A stretch of 13,898 nt of DNA from Candidatus Zixiibacteriota bacterium (GCA_036170655.1 JAVHPP010000070.1:1-13898), one strand, 5' to 3'; counted from the first letter of the stretch, positions 5,841 to 13,898 are shown. Translations and numbers: made by a program. The notes: generated by a model from the sequence alone, not told the origin.

Positions 5841-7659
5841 CTGTCACGCTCTTGGCCAGGTTTCGCGGCTGATCGACATCGCACTCACGCAGAACGGCCA
5901 TGTGATAGGCGAGAAGCTGCAGCGGGATGATCGAGAGCAACGGGGTCAATGGCTCGAGGGTTTCGGGGATGGAGATCACATGATCGACATGGCGGTCGAT
6001 CTGTGTGTCTCCTTCCGTCGCGACGGCAATCACCGTGCCGTGCCGCGCGCGAATCTCCTGAATGTTGTTCAGTACCTTGTCGTAGACAGAATCGCGCAGG
6101 GCAATCACCACCACCGGCATGCGCTCATCAATCAAGGCAATCGGGCCGTGCTTCATCTCGGCGGCCGGATAGCCCTCGGCGTGGATGTAGGAGATCTCCT
6201 TGAGCTTCAACGCGCCTTCGAGCGCCACCGGGAAGTTGTAGCCGCGTCCCAGATAGAGAAAGTTCTCCTTCCGGTAGTAATCCGCCGCAATTCCCTTGAT
6301 CTCGTCGTCGCGATCGAGGATCGACTGGACCTTCGCTGGTAGTGCTTCGAGGGCGGCGATCATTTCCGTGCCCTTTTCAAACGACATGGTGCGCATTCTC
6401 GCCAGAAGCAACGCAATGAGCGCGAGGACCGTGATCTGCGAGGTGAAGGCTTTGGTCGACGCCACGCCGATTTCCGGCCCCGCATGGATGTAAACGCCAC
6501 CGTCGGATTCACGCGCAATGGTTGAACCGACGACATTGCAGATGCCAAGGACCGTGGCGCCCTTGCGTTTGGCTTCACGCATCGCGGCCAGCGTGTCCGC
6601 TGTTTCGCCCGACTGTGAGATCACGAAGACGGCTGTGCCGGGACGGATGATCGGCGAGCGATAGCGGAATTCCGATGCGTACTCAACCTCGACCGGGATG
6701 CGTGCCAAATCTTCAATCATGTACTCGCCGATCAGGGCCGCGTGCCAGGATGTTCCGCAGGCGGTCAGGATGATCCGGTCGATCTGGCCCAGCTCGTCTA
6801 AGTGGCGTTTGATCCCGTTCAGGCGCGCGGTGCCCTCATCACGGTTCAGGCGTCCCCGCATGGCGTTGATGATCGTGGTGGGCTGCTCGTGAATCTCCTT
6901 CAGCATGAAGTGCGCATATCCCCCACGCTCGATCTGCTCCAGCGACCACTCAATCTCCTCGGAGTCACGTGTCACAACCGTTCGGTCGATCTTTGAGATT
7001 TCGCATGTGTCCCGGGTGATGGCCGCGATCTCCATATCGTCGAGGTAGATCACCTGATTGGTATAACGCAGGAGGGCGGCAACGTCGGAGGCGACGAAAT
7101 TCTCTCCTTTGCCGCGTCCGACCACAAGGGGCGAACCATGACGTGCCACCACGATCAAGTGGGGGTTGTTTTTCGCAATCACGGCGATGCCGTATGTGCC
7201 CTCGACTTGGGAGAGCGCCACACGCGTCGCCTCGAGCAGATCGCCGTCGTAGGTGTCCTCAATCAGATGCACCAAGACCTCGGTGTCGGTCTCCGTGGTG
7301 ATCTGGTGACCACGGCGCTGCAGCCATTCACGCAGGGTGGCGTAGTTTTCGATGATGCCATTGTGCACCAGCGCGATCTCGCCGGAGCAATCGAGATGCG
7401 GGTGGGCGTTGCTATCGCTGGGTTCGCCATGCGTCGCCCAGCGTGTGTGAGCGATCCCCCAGGTGCCGGTGTATTCCTTGCCTTGCAGATGTTCTTCCAG
7501 GCACGCGATCTTCCCGGCATGTTTTTCGTACTGCAACCCCGCCGGGCCGAACAGGGCGATACCGGCCGAATCATACCCGCGGTACTCCATGCGCTTGAGC
7601 CCTTCCATCAGGATGGGCAGCGCCTGTTTCTCTCCGACATATCCAATGATTCCGCACAT
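5833..7659 (-). CDS. glmS: Glutamine--fructose-6-phosphate transaminase (isomerizing)
   Basis: N-terminal MCGIIG nucleophile Cys, EYRGYDSAG, HTRWATHG, SQSGETADT, EGALKLKEISYIHAEGY and C-terminal DQPRNLAKSVTVE. 608 aa. Confidence 0.99.
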   Translation of the reverse strand: MCGIIGYVGEKQALPILMEGLKRMEYRGYDSAGIALFGPAGLQYEKHAGKIACLEEHLQGKEYTGTWGIAHTRWATHGEPSDSNAHPHLDCSGEIALVHNGIIENYATLREWLQRRGHQITTETDTEVLVHLIEDTYDGDLLEATRVALSQVEGTYGIAVIAKNNPHLIVVARHGSPLVVGRGKGENFVASDVAALLRYTNQVIYLDDMEIAAITRDTCEISKIDRTVVTRDSEEIEWSLEQIERGGYAHFMLKEIHEQPTTIINAMRGRLNRDEGTARLNGIKRHLDELGQIDRIILTACGTSWHAALIGEYMIEDLARIPVEVEYASEFRYRSPIIRPGTAVFVISQSGETADTLAAMREAKRKGATVLGICNVVGSTIARESDGGVYIHAGPEIGVASTKAFTSQITVLALIALLLARMRTMSFEKGTEMIAALEALPAKVQSILDRDDEIKGIAADYYRKENFLYLGRGYNFPVALEGALKLKEISYIHAEGYPAAEMKHGPIALIDERMPVVVIALRDSVYDKVLNNIQEIRARHGTVIAVATEGDTQIDRHVDHVISIPETLEPLTPLLSIIPLQLLAYHMAVLRECDVDQPRNLAKSVTVE

Positions 7660-7711
7660 GACCGATTGCCCTCTGGCGCTCCGTGACGATTGATTCTCGT
7701 ATCTCTGCTGT

Positions 7712-9049
7712 TCACACTCCCAGCGCTCTAATCGCCTCGCCTAAGAGATCGTGGGCCCGCTTGGAGGTTCTGGCCTCGGCGGAGATCCGTATGATTGGTT
7801 CGGTGTTTGATGGGCGGGCATGAACGGAACCGTCGGCAAAGTCGACTTTGATTCCGTCGCGATCGTCCACATGTTCTTGTATGTAGCACGATGCCAAATG
7901 TTTCAGGCGCCGCGCGAAATCCGTCGGTTTGGGCGCCTTGACCTTGGCCAAATGGTAGTAGGGAAGGCCCGACGCAATGGACGAGATCGTCGCATCGGCG
8001 CTCGCCAGAAGCGAGAGGACCAGCGCCATGCCGAGCAGCGCATCCCGCCCGTAATGCAGCGCGGGCATGATCACGCCGCCATTGCCTTCACCGCCGATGA
8101 CCGCGTGCCGTCGCCGCATCATGGCGGCCACGTTGGCCTCACCGACCTTTGCCGTGTACCCCCTCTGACCGAAAGCCGAGGTCACGTCCATCACCGCCCG
8201 CGATGTGGACAGGTTGATGACGACCGGCCCGGGTGTCCGGGACAGCACCCAATACGTGGCCAGCACCAGAGTTCTCTCTTCGCCGAGCGGACGACCCTGC
8301 TCGTCAACGATCGCCAGACGGTCACTATCGGGGTCGGTTGCGAAACCGATGTCTGCCCGGAACTGCCGCACAGCCGCGCCCAGCGCCTTCAGATTCTTCG
8401 GGACGGGCTCGGGTCCTCGCGGAAAGCGGGGCCCCGGAACGCAGTTGATTGATTCGACGCGACAGCCCAGACGGTTCAACAAAGCGGGTCCATAGAGCGA
8501 CCCGGCCCCACCGCCCGCATCAAACACCACCCGCAGACGGCGCTTGGCAATCGCGGCCGCGGCAACGGGCGGAAGCCGAAGGATGCTGCGTACGTGCAGG
8601 TCAATCATGTCATCGCACGGCGCCCAATCCCCAATCTTGTCCCAGTGCCGGTACGGAATTTCCCCCCGCTTGGCCGTCCGGTAAACCGCTTCGATGGTTG
8701 CGGGTGACAGAAGCTTCCGGGATGATCCCAGAAACTTCAGGGCATTCCACTCGATTGGGTTATGCGATGCCGTGACCGCCAAGCCGGCGTCGGCGCGGAA
8801 ATGGGTCACCGCCAGAGGCACCGTGGGCGTGGGCGCGACACCGATGTCGATGACATGGCAGCCGACCGCCTGGAGCGCGCCTTTGGCGATCTCACAAATC
8901 ATGGGCCCGGTCGGGCGGGTATCGCGCGCGACGACGATCCGCCCACCGTGCATGACCGCGCCAAACGCGGCCGCGTGCCGTGCCACAACTTCCGGTGTCA
9001 GGTCAAAGCCGACGATTCCCCGGAGACCGGAAACAGATGCCATCAGCAT
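7712..9049 (-). CDS. glmM: Phosphoglucosamine mutase (alpha-D-phosphohexomutase family)
   Basis: TASHNP phosphoserine loop, DPDSDR metal loop, GEGNGG sugar loop and RPSNTEP phosphate-binding motif. Directly upstream of glmS. ATG 9049 is best spaced from the GAGG RBS (9055 is an alternative). Substrate specificity is inferred from context. Confidence 0.85.
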   Translation of the reverse strand: MLMASVSGLRGIVGFDLTPEVVARHAAAFGAVMHGGRIVVARDTRPTGPMICEIAKGALQAVGCHVIDIGVAPTPTVPLAVTHFRADAGLAVTASHNPIEWNALKFLGSSRKLLSPATIEAVYRTAKRGEIPYRHWDKIGDWAPCDDMIDLHVRSILRLPPVAAAAIAKRRLRVVFDAGGGAGSLYGPALLNRLGCRVESINCVPGPRFPRGPEPVPKNLKALGAAVRQFRADIGFATDPDSDRLAIVDEQGRPLGEERTLVLATYWVLSRTPGPVVINLSTSRAVMDVTSAFGQRGYTAKVGEANVAAMMRRRHAVIGGEGNGGVIMPALHYGRDALLGMALVLSLLASADATISSIASGLPYYHLAKVKAPKPTDFARRLKHLASCYIQEHVDDRDGIKVDFADGSVHARPSNTEPIIRISAEARTSKRAHDLLGEAIRALGV

Positions 9050-9089
9050 GGTCATATCCTCACGATCCCGCCCCGGCGGACGGAAACAC

Positions 9090-9118
9090 AATATACAAGC
9101 GCGCAGGGGCTTGGTCAC
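9090..9118 (-). promoter_or_regulatory. Sigma70-type promoter for the glmM-glmS operon
   Basis: On the minus strand: GTGACC (9118-9113), 17-nt spacer, TATATT (9095-9090). Confidence 0.5.
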
Positions 9119-9205
9119 AGGGAAGAGTGGCGGCGAGGTGACGCGAATCGACCGGTGCGATCAGACGTCTTTGTGTATATTGACCCCCGTCTTGCGGAGA
9201 CGGCG

Positions 9206-10078
9206 ATGTCCAAGCCACGGATCAATGTCATAATTACGCGAGAAGGGGGGACTGGGCAGCGGGTCCGGTCATTCTCTTTGCCCGCCTATTTCCCGCGGTT
9301 GGCAATGGTGGTCGGCGCGCTGCTGGTTATCGTCATCGCGCTGGGCGGATTTGGGCTGGTCTACTTCTGGCAGCGTACCCATGAAATCACACCGCTGCGC
9401 GCCGAGAATGCCGCGCTCCGGCAGGCCGTCGCCAAACTGCCCCAGCTCGAAGCCGAGATGGACCAGCAACGGCAGTTTACGCGGCGCATCGCCCGCATGA
9501 TCGGGATCCAGATTTCCGACGACGAGGATTCCGTGCATCGCGCCGGCCCCGTGGCCGTTGCCGCACCGGGAAGATCATCCCCGCAGACAGAAAGTCTCTC
9601 CAGCCTGGTCCCGCTTCGCGCATCCGACACATCGGGATTGCCGGCATCTCTGGCGCCGCACGGGACGCTCGTCATCAACTGTTCCGCCGATCCCCACAAC
9701 CGCCCTCGGGGCATGCCGGTCCTTGGTAGAGTCTCGCAGACCTACGCACCGACAGTGGATAATCCGGTCTTGCGTCATTACGGGATCGACATCGCGGCGC
9801 GCGAGGGATCGCCGGTCTTTGCCCCCGCCGCCGGAACCGTGGTCTCGGCCGGATGGGACAAGATTCTTGGAATGCTGATCGTGCTCGATCACGGCAACGG
9901 CTTCAAGACCTTCTACGGCCACAACTCCGAGTTGCTGAAGAAGACCGGCGACAACGTGAAACGGGCGGACATCATCGCGCTGTCAGGCAATAGCGGCATA
10001 TCCACGGCGCCGCACCTGCACTACGAAATCCGTCTCAACGAAGAAACCGCCGATCCGGCGCTGTATCTTGGGCCGTAG
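9206..10078 (+). CDS. M23 family metallopeptidase (LytM-type murein endopeptidase) with N-terminal TM helix and coiled coil, 290 aa
   Basis: GGAG RBS at 9196-9199, ATG 9206. TM helix, coiled coil (LRAENAALRQAV..LEAEM), HYGID (HxxxD), YGH and STAPHLHYE (HxH) zinc motifs. Confidence 0.92.
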   Translation: MSKPRINVIITREGGTGQRVRSFSLPAYFPRLAMVVGALLVIVIALGGFGLVYFWQRTHEITPLRAENAALRQAVAKLPQLEAEMDQQRQFTRRIARMIGIQISDDEDSVHRAGPVAVAAPGRSSPQTESLSSLVPLRASDTSGLPASLAPHGTLVINCSADPHNRPRGMPVLGRVSQTYAPTVDNPVLRHYGIDIAAREGSPVFAPAAGTVVSAGWDKILGMLIVLDHGNGFKTFYGHNSELLKKTGDNVKRADIIALSGNSGISTAPHLHYEIRLNEETADPALYLGP

Positions 10079-10422
10079 GGAGGGCTGCGGAAATAGCCGG
10101 TGCCCGCTTGGGTGTACTATCAGATGTCCTCGATGCGAATTCTGCACAGCTCATGCAGGAAACGCTGAACCATTGCGGACGCGGCTCATCATTCGCCTGC
10201 GGACTCCAACCCAAAAACACACAATGCCCGATGGCAATTGCTTTGCGATACGCGGATCTCCTGCGATGGAGTGGCGGCGAAATCAGGAAGATCATCTTTG
10301 GCTTTTGGGCCCTGCACTACGCCTGCGCTCCCGCAATTCTGGTTGGCCTGCCCGCCGCCCATGAAAGTGATTGACCCAGCTGCGGCCGACCGGCCAACTT
10401 GCACGCAAAGGAGGTCACGACT

Positions 10423-10926
10423 ATGTACCGCAAGATCGATGATTTTCTCAAGAACTGGGAGCATGAATCTCAAATGACCGATCGTGTGTTCGGCGCTCTC
10501 ACCGACAAATCGCTGGCGCAGGCAGTTGCAACCGGGCATCGCACGTTGGGACGTCTCGCCTGGCATCTGGTGACTACCATCCCGGAGATGATGAACCGAA
10601 CGGGGATCTCGGTCAGCGGTCCCGATCCGCATTCTCCCACGCCGTCGGGCGTGGCGGCGATCAGGAGCGGTTACTCGCAAGCCACGAAATCACTCGTGCA
10701 GCAGATCAAGACCAACTGGAATGATGCTTCGTTGCAGAGCGAAGACGACATGTATGGCGAGAAGTGGGCGCGGGGAATCACGCTGACCGCGCTCCTCATG
10801 CATCAAGCGCACCACCGTGGGGAGATGTTTGTGTTGATGCGCCAGGCCGGACTGCGGCCACCGGGTATTTATGGCCCCGCGATGGAGGAATGGGCGCAGT
10901 ACGGGATGCCAGCGCCGGAGGTGTGA
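10423..10926 (+). CDS. DinB/YfiT-like metal-dependent four-helix-bundle protein, 167 aa
   Basis: Strong AAGGAGGT RBS then ATG 10423. RTLGRLAWHL and HQAHHRG supply the His triad. C-terminal RQAGLRPPGIYGP is typical of the DinB family. Confidence 0.92.
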   Translation: MYRKIDDFLKNWEHESQMTDRVFGALTDKSLAQAVATGHRTLGRLAWHLVTTIPEMMNRTGISVSGPDPHSPTPSGVAAIRSGYSQATKSLVQQIKTNWNDASLQSEDDMYGEKWARGITLTALLMHQAHHRGEMFVLMRQAGLRPPGIYGPAMEEWAQYGMPAPEV

Positions 10927-10977
10927 TCTTCATCACCGATTGGGCGCCGCTCTCATCCGTGATCTGAAAGACCAACA

Positions 10978-11010
10978 AGAAACCCCCGATGCGTTGCATC
11001 GGGGGTTTCT
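10978..11010. terminator. Bidirectional rho-independent terminator
   Basis: Perfect 15-bp inverted repeat AGAAACCCCCGATGC-GTT-GCATCGGGGGTTTCT between convergent genes. Confidence 0.9.
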
Positions 11011-11035
11011 CAATACAAACGATTTTCAGCGATAC

Positions 11036-11980
11036 TTAGTTTGAGCCACCGGACGAAGTTTGCGTGGCGGCGGCTGGTGTCTCTGTGGTCGTGGTCGTTG
11101 CAGATGCGGATCCCTTGGCCTTCGAGCAGCAGGTGCCCTTCGCACCGGCTTCGGCTGTTTTTGCCGCATGCGGGCAGGTGGCCGCCTTGTCACCGGTCAT
11201 CTCGGTCGCAACGGCAGTGTGAAAGCCGGCGGCCTCGCACTTGGTGGCGGCGGCTTCGGCATCGGCGCGGCTCATGCCCTTGGCGATGCAGGCGTCAATG
11301 CACGCCTCGCGGGAGTGTTTGCCATCAGTCGCAGCAGCGGTCTGGATCATGTTAACTCCAGCGCCAGCCGCACACGACTTACCGTCCGCCTTGGCGGACT
11401 GACACTTTGAATAGCAGGCCTCGGCCTCAGCGCGGGTCATGCCTTTCTCCGCCATGCACTTGGCAATGCAGGTCTCCTTGTCGGCAGCCACGGACTTGGA
11501 ATCTGCCGAGGTGGCGACTGCCATGGAAGCGTTCGCATGACCAGAACACCCGGACGCAGCGCTGGCCGGAATGGCCTCTGTCGTCGTCGCGCTGGCGGTC
11601 ATGGCGCTGCCGTGAGAAGTGCAGCACGAACCACTCGCCATCTTGCCGCTCGCCTTCATGGAAGAGCATTCGGCATAAGCGGCTTCCGCCTGCTCACGGG
11701 TCAGTTTCTTTTCAGCCATTAGCTTGCTGATGCACTCTTCTTTGGTGCAAGTCTTCGCTGAAGCCGTTTGCGCGTTCGTCGTTGCGCTGCACGAAGAGCC
11801 TTCAGCCTTCGCCGCGCCGCAACCTGGTCCGGCATAGGCGCTGGAAGTCCCGAAGATCGCCGTGATCGGACAATTTCCTCCAGCACATCCCGGCCATCCG
11901 GCCAGATGCGCACCGCCGGCCAACAGCACAAACGCCGCCGCCAAACCGATAAGTGCTTTGTAACGCTTCAAGAATGTCAT
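11036..11980 (-). CDS. Hypothetical exported Cys/Ala/Ser/Thr-rich protein with three internal helical repeats, 314 aa
   Basis: GGAGG RBS 5 nt before ATG 11980 (11992 is an alternative). Basic and hydrophobic N-terminus, 21 Cys, its own promoter and a downstream terminator. Amino-acid-level repeats support a real coding sequence. Confidence 0.85.
   Translation of the reverse strand: MTFLKRYKALIGLAAAFVLLAGGAHLAGWPGCAGGNCPITAIFGTSSAYAGPGCGAAKAEGSSCSATTNAQTASAKTCTKEECISKLMAEKKLTREQAEAAYAECSSMKASGKMASGSCCTSHGSAMTASATTTEAIPASAASGCSGHANASMAVATSADSKSVAADKETCIAKCMAEKGMTRAEAEACYSKCQSAKADGKSCAAGAGVNMIQTAAATDGKHSREACIDACIAKGMSRADAEAAATKCEAAGFHTAVATEMTGDKAATCPHAAKTAEAGAKGTCCSKAKGSASATTTTTETPAAATQTSSGGSN
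11225..11746 (-). repeat. Three ~30-35 aa repeats (11746-11642, 11482-11378, 11314-11225)
   Basis: TKEECISKLMAEKKLTREQAEAAYAECSSMKASGK / DKETCIAKCMAEKGMTRAEAEACYSKCQSAKADGK / SREACIDACIAKGMSRADAEAAATKCEAAG. Confidence 0.88.
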
Positions 11981-12098
11981 TCCGTCCTCCATAAGGTTAG
12001 AAGTGTCTAATCACGTCATCGTCCTCTACCACCGGAAACATGATTAAGTTCCCCCGTTTTTCGCGCTGGCGGAACGATACACGCCCCGTCTCTTCAAT

Positions 12099-12126
12099 AA
12101 GCTACTCTTAATCCTTGGCTTGTCAA
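12099..12126 (-). promoter_or_regulatory. Sigma70-type promoter for the Cys-rich gene
   Basis: On the minus strand: consensus TTGACA (12126-12121), 16-nt spacer, TAGCTT (12104-12099). Confidence 0.55.
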
Positions 12127-12284
12127 CACCTTGTATGCCGAAATGCAAAAAATCCGGCACAAATCGTCCCGTTCTGGCCTATAGGGTATGTGGCATCAAG
12201 GCATTGAACGGGAACACATTGGGTGCGAGATGGGTGCACAGAAGCCAACTTGTGCCGATAAAGATTGAAGTATAGGTTGTTCTC

Positions 12285-13763
12285 ATGACGGAAACTGCAG
12301 CATCAGACACCAGAATTGACGCGCCATCACCGGTGTCGCGTCTGATTGCTCATTGCCGGAATGTGAACCTCCGCCATCCTGGTGATCGTCTTCTCGTTGT
12401 CTTTGATGTTGACGGGACCGTTGTTGACATGCGCGAAGCAGTGCTTCTGGCGTTGCGGGATTTTGACCGTGAACATGGAACGCGCCATTTCGACAGCCTT
12501 CTTCCGGTCCAGATCAGTAAGTATGAAGGCGCATTGGAAAAAGTCCTCGCCGACCGCGAAGTGAGCGCCCGTGATGCCGAACAGGTCCGCACGTGGTTCC
12601 ATGAGCGATTCTGGACGATTCGATACGTGATGGCATCGTACCGGCCATTCCAGGGGATGCTCGATCTGGCGCGCTGGTTTCAGCTTCAGCCGGGCGTGTC
12701 GGTCGGATTTAATACTGGCCGTGTCGAATCGCAGCGGAGCGAGACACTGCACTGGTTGGAGATGCTGGGCGGTGAGAACCGCTTCTCGGTCGATGACCGG
12801 CTGCTGGCGATGCGCCCAGATGGCTGGTCAGAGGGAGTGGCCAAAGCCAAGGCGGATGCCGTACGCGCATTTCTCGATGCCGGGTATCGCGTTGCTGCCT
12901 GTGTCGACAACGACGAGGCCGATCTGGCCGCCATCGGGCACGCGCTCGATGATCCCGAACTGCAACTGATTCCGGCGCGGACGTTGCTCAACGCACACCG
13001 GTCTTCCGAAGGCGCCGCCGTTGACTTGCAGACGTTCATCGGTCCGGGTGATCTCCCCCATGGTGTCGAGTCTGTCTGGCATGGGATCAACGACGCGCAC
13101 AATCTGAAGCAATTTGTGTCCTCGTGGTTCGAGTGGGCGGAGATTGATGTGCGATTAAACCCCGCCGATGGGCGGCTTGTTGCCTACCATGATTCGCTGG
13201 CGACGGGGATTGCCCGAGGGCATGTCCCTTTTCTTACGGTGGAATCAATCGTCCGGGAGCTGCTCGCGCGGGGGAAATCGTTCAAGTTTGATCTCAAGGA
13301 AGGCGGGCCTGCTCTCTATGCCCTTCTCGACTTGATCGCACGGTTCAAGATTCCCGATGCGCAACTCTGGTTCAACGCCGTGCTGGACGATGTCTCTCTC
13401 CCCGAGTTCCGGGTGCTGGCGTCGTATCATCCCCATGCCATCCGTCAGTGTCCTGTCGGTTCAATCATCCTTCAGTGTGGCGATGATGAAGCCTGTCTGC
13501 GCGGTGAACTTCAGCGACTGGCCGATCAGGGGATGACACGCTTCTCACTTCACTGGGATTCGGGACTGGCTGCGAAACTGGCCGGTCGCTTTGAAGAGTG
13601 GGGGTTCGCGCTCAACATCTACGGTGTCCCCGATCTGTCCGCATTTCTGCATGCCGTATTGATCATGCCGCGTTCTGTCACCGCCGACTTCAACTTCCCG
13701 GAGTGGAATCTTCACGGCCGTGGGTCGGGACAGGACGGATGGTACCGCACAGCGAGCCGGTAG
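12285..13763 (+). CDS. HAD-superfamily phosphatase fused to a FAM151/Menorin (DUF2181)/GDPD-like TIM-barrel phosphodiesterase domain, 492 aa
   Basis: HAD motif I VVFDVDGT (Asp at 12405), motif II NTGR, motif III Lys (AKAK) and motif IV VDND. The C-terminal half has WHGIN, EWAEIDVR, LVAYHD, FKFDLKE, LWFNA and FSLHW, which recall the PLC-like/FAM151 fold. Confidence 0.78.
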   Translation: MTETAASDTRIDAPSPVSRLIAHCRNVNLRHPGDRLLVVFDVDGTVVDMREAVLLALRDFDREHGTRHFDSLLPVQISKYEGALEKVLADREVSARDAEQVRTWFHERFWTIRYVMASYRPFQGMLDLARWFQLQPGVSVGFNTGRVESQRSETLHWLEMLGGENRFSVDDRLLAMRPDGWSEGVAKAKADAVRAFLDAGYRVAACVDNDEADLAAIGHALDDPELQLIPARTLLNAHRSSEGAAVDLQTFIGPGDLPHGVESVWHGINDAHNLKQFVSSWFEWAEIDVRLNPADGRLVAYHDSLATGIARGHVPFLTVESIVRELLARGKSFKFDLKEGGPALYALLDLIARFKIPDAQLWFNAVLDDVSLPEFRVLASYHPHAIRQCPVGSIILQCGDDEACLRGELQRLADQGMTRFSLHWDSGLAAKLAGRFEEWGFALNIYGVPDLSAFLHAVLIMPRSVTADFNFPEWNLHGRGSGQDGWYRTASR

Positions 13764-13844
13764 GGATTAGAACTAAATCTGGTCTGGAGCTCAGTGCCTG
13801 AGTGCATGTTGGCTCGGAGGATGCAGACAAAGCACAGCACCAAG

Positions 13845-13876
13845 AAAAAAGAGCGCCCCAATGCGCTCTTCGTTTT
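13845..13876. terminator. Rho-independent terminator, stronger for a minus-strand transcript
   Basis: AAGAGCGC-CCCAAT-GCGCTCTT (13849-13870). It is flanked by A6 on the left (U-tract on the minus strand) and CGTTTT on the right. Confidence 0.75.
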
Positions 13877-13898
13877 CTGGCGGGCCGAGTGAAACGGT

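Noticed and set aside
7660..7711. glmS ribozyme upstream of glmS
   Set aside because: Only 52 nt separate glmM and glmS, far too short for the ribozyme, and none of its core sequence is recognisable.
5358..8775. Long + strand ORFs (5358-5930, 5725-6342, 7138-7686, 7820-8452 and others)
   Set aside because: These are antisense shadows of the heme gene, glmS and glmM, expected in GC-rich DNA. They have no recognisable motifs.
8762..9205. N-terminal extension of the M23 ORF
   Set aside because: It is antisense to glmM and crosses the promoter region. The RBS supports ATG 9206.
10068..10477. ORFs 10068-10364, 10108-10374 and 10238-10477, including a possible bactofilin gene after the M23 gene
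   Set aside because: There is no bactofilin beta-helix pattern or other motif, starts are weak and the composition is atypical.
11036..11980. Multiheme cytochrome or lipoprotein call for the Cys-rich protein
   Set aside because: There are no CxxCH motifs, and the first Cys (WPGC) is not in a canonical lipobox directly after the hydrophobic stretch.
12155..12200. Sigma54 promoter at CGGCAC (12155) or TGGCAT (12191)
   Set aside because: Neither has the TTGC -12 element at the required spacing.
1..13898. Prophage, transposon or defence island
   Set aside because: There is no integrase, transposase, phage structural, nuclease or toxin-antitoxin gene. The content looks like core and lineage-specific chromosome.

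Overview
GC-rich bacterial chromosomal window with no mobile-element, CRISPR or rRNA signal. The C-terminal dockerin style (GDxNxDGxVDVLDVV...IDxAFxGG..P) tentatively suggests candidate phylum Zixibacteria or a related FCB lineage (inference only). Left to right it contains: the 3' end of a sensor histidine kinase; an M48 (Ste24-like) zinc protease fused to a TolB-like PD40 beta-propeller; two paralogous secreted cohesin-like genes, the second with a dockerin, separated by a 567-nt gap holding a good sigma70 promoter and ~380 nt of extensively base-paired sequence; a minus-strand glmM-glmS-heme-binding gene operon; a divergent M23 peptidase; a DinB-family gene; a secreted Cys-rich protein with three internal repeats; and a HAD phosphatase fused to a FAM151/Menorin (DUF2181)/GDPD-like phosphodiesterase domain. 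The most promising leads are the structured RNA at 3847-4221, the cohesin plus cohesin-dockerin pair around it, the two fusion enzymes (which share a 24-nt upstream motif) and the Cys-rich repeat protein. All family calls come from recognising motifs by eye. No searches or folding programs were run.
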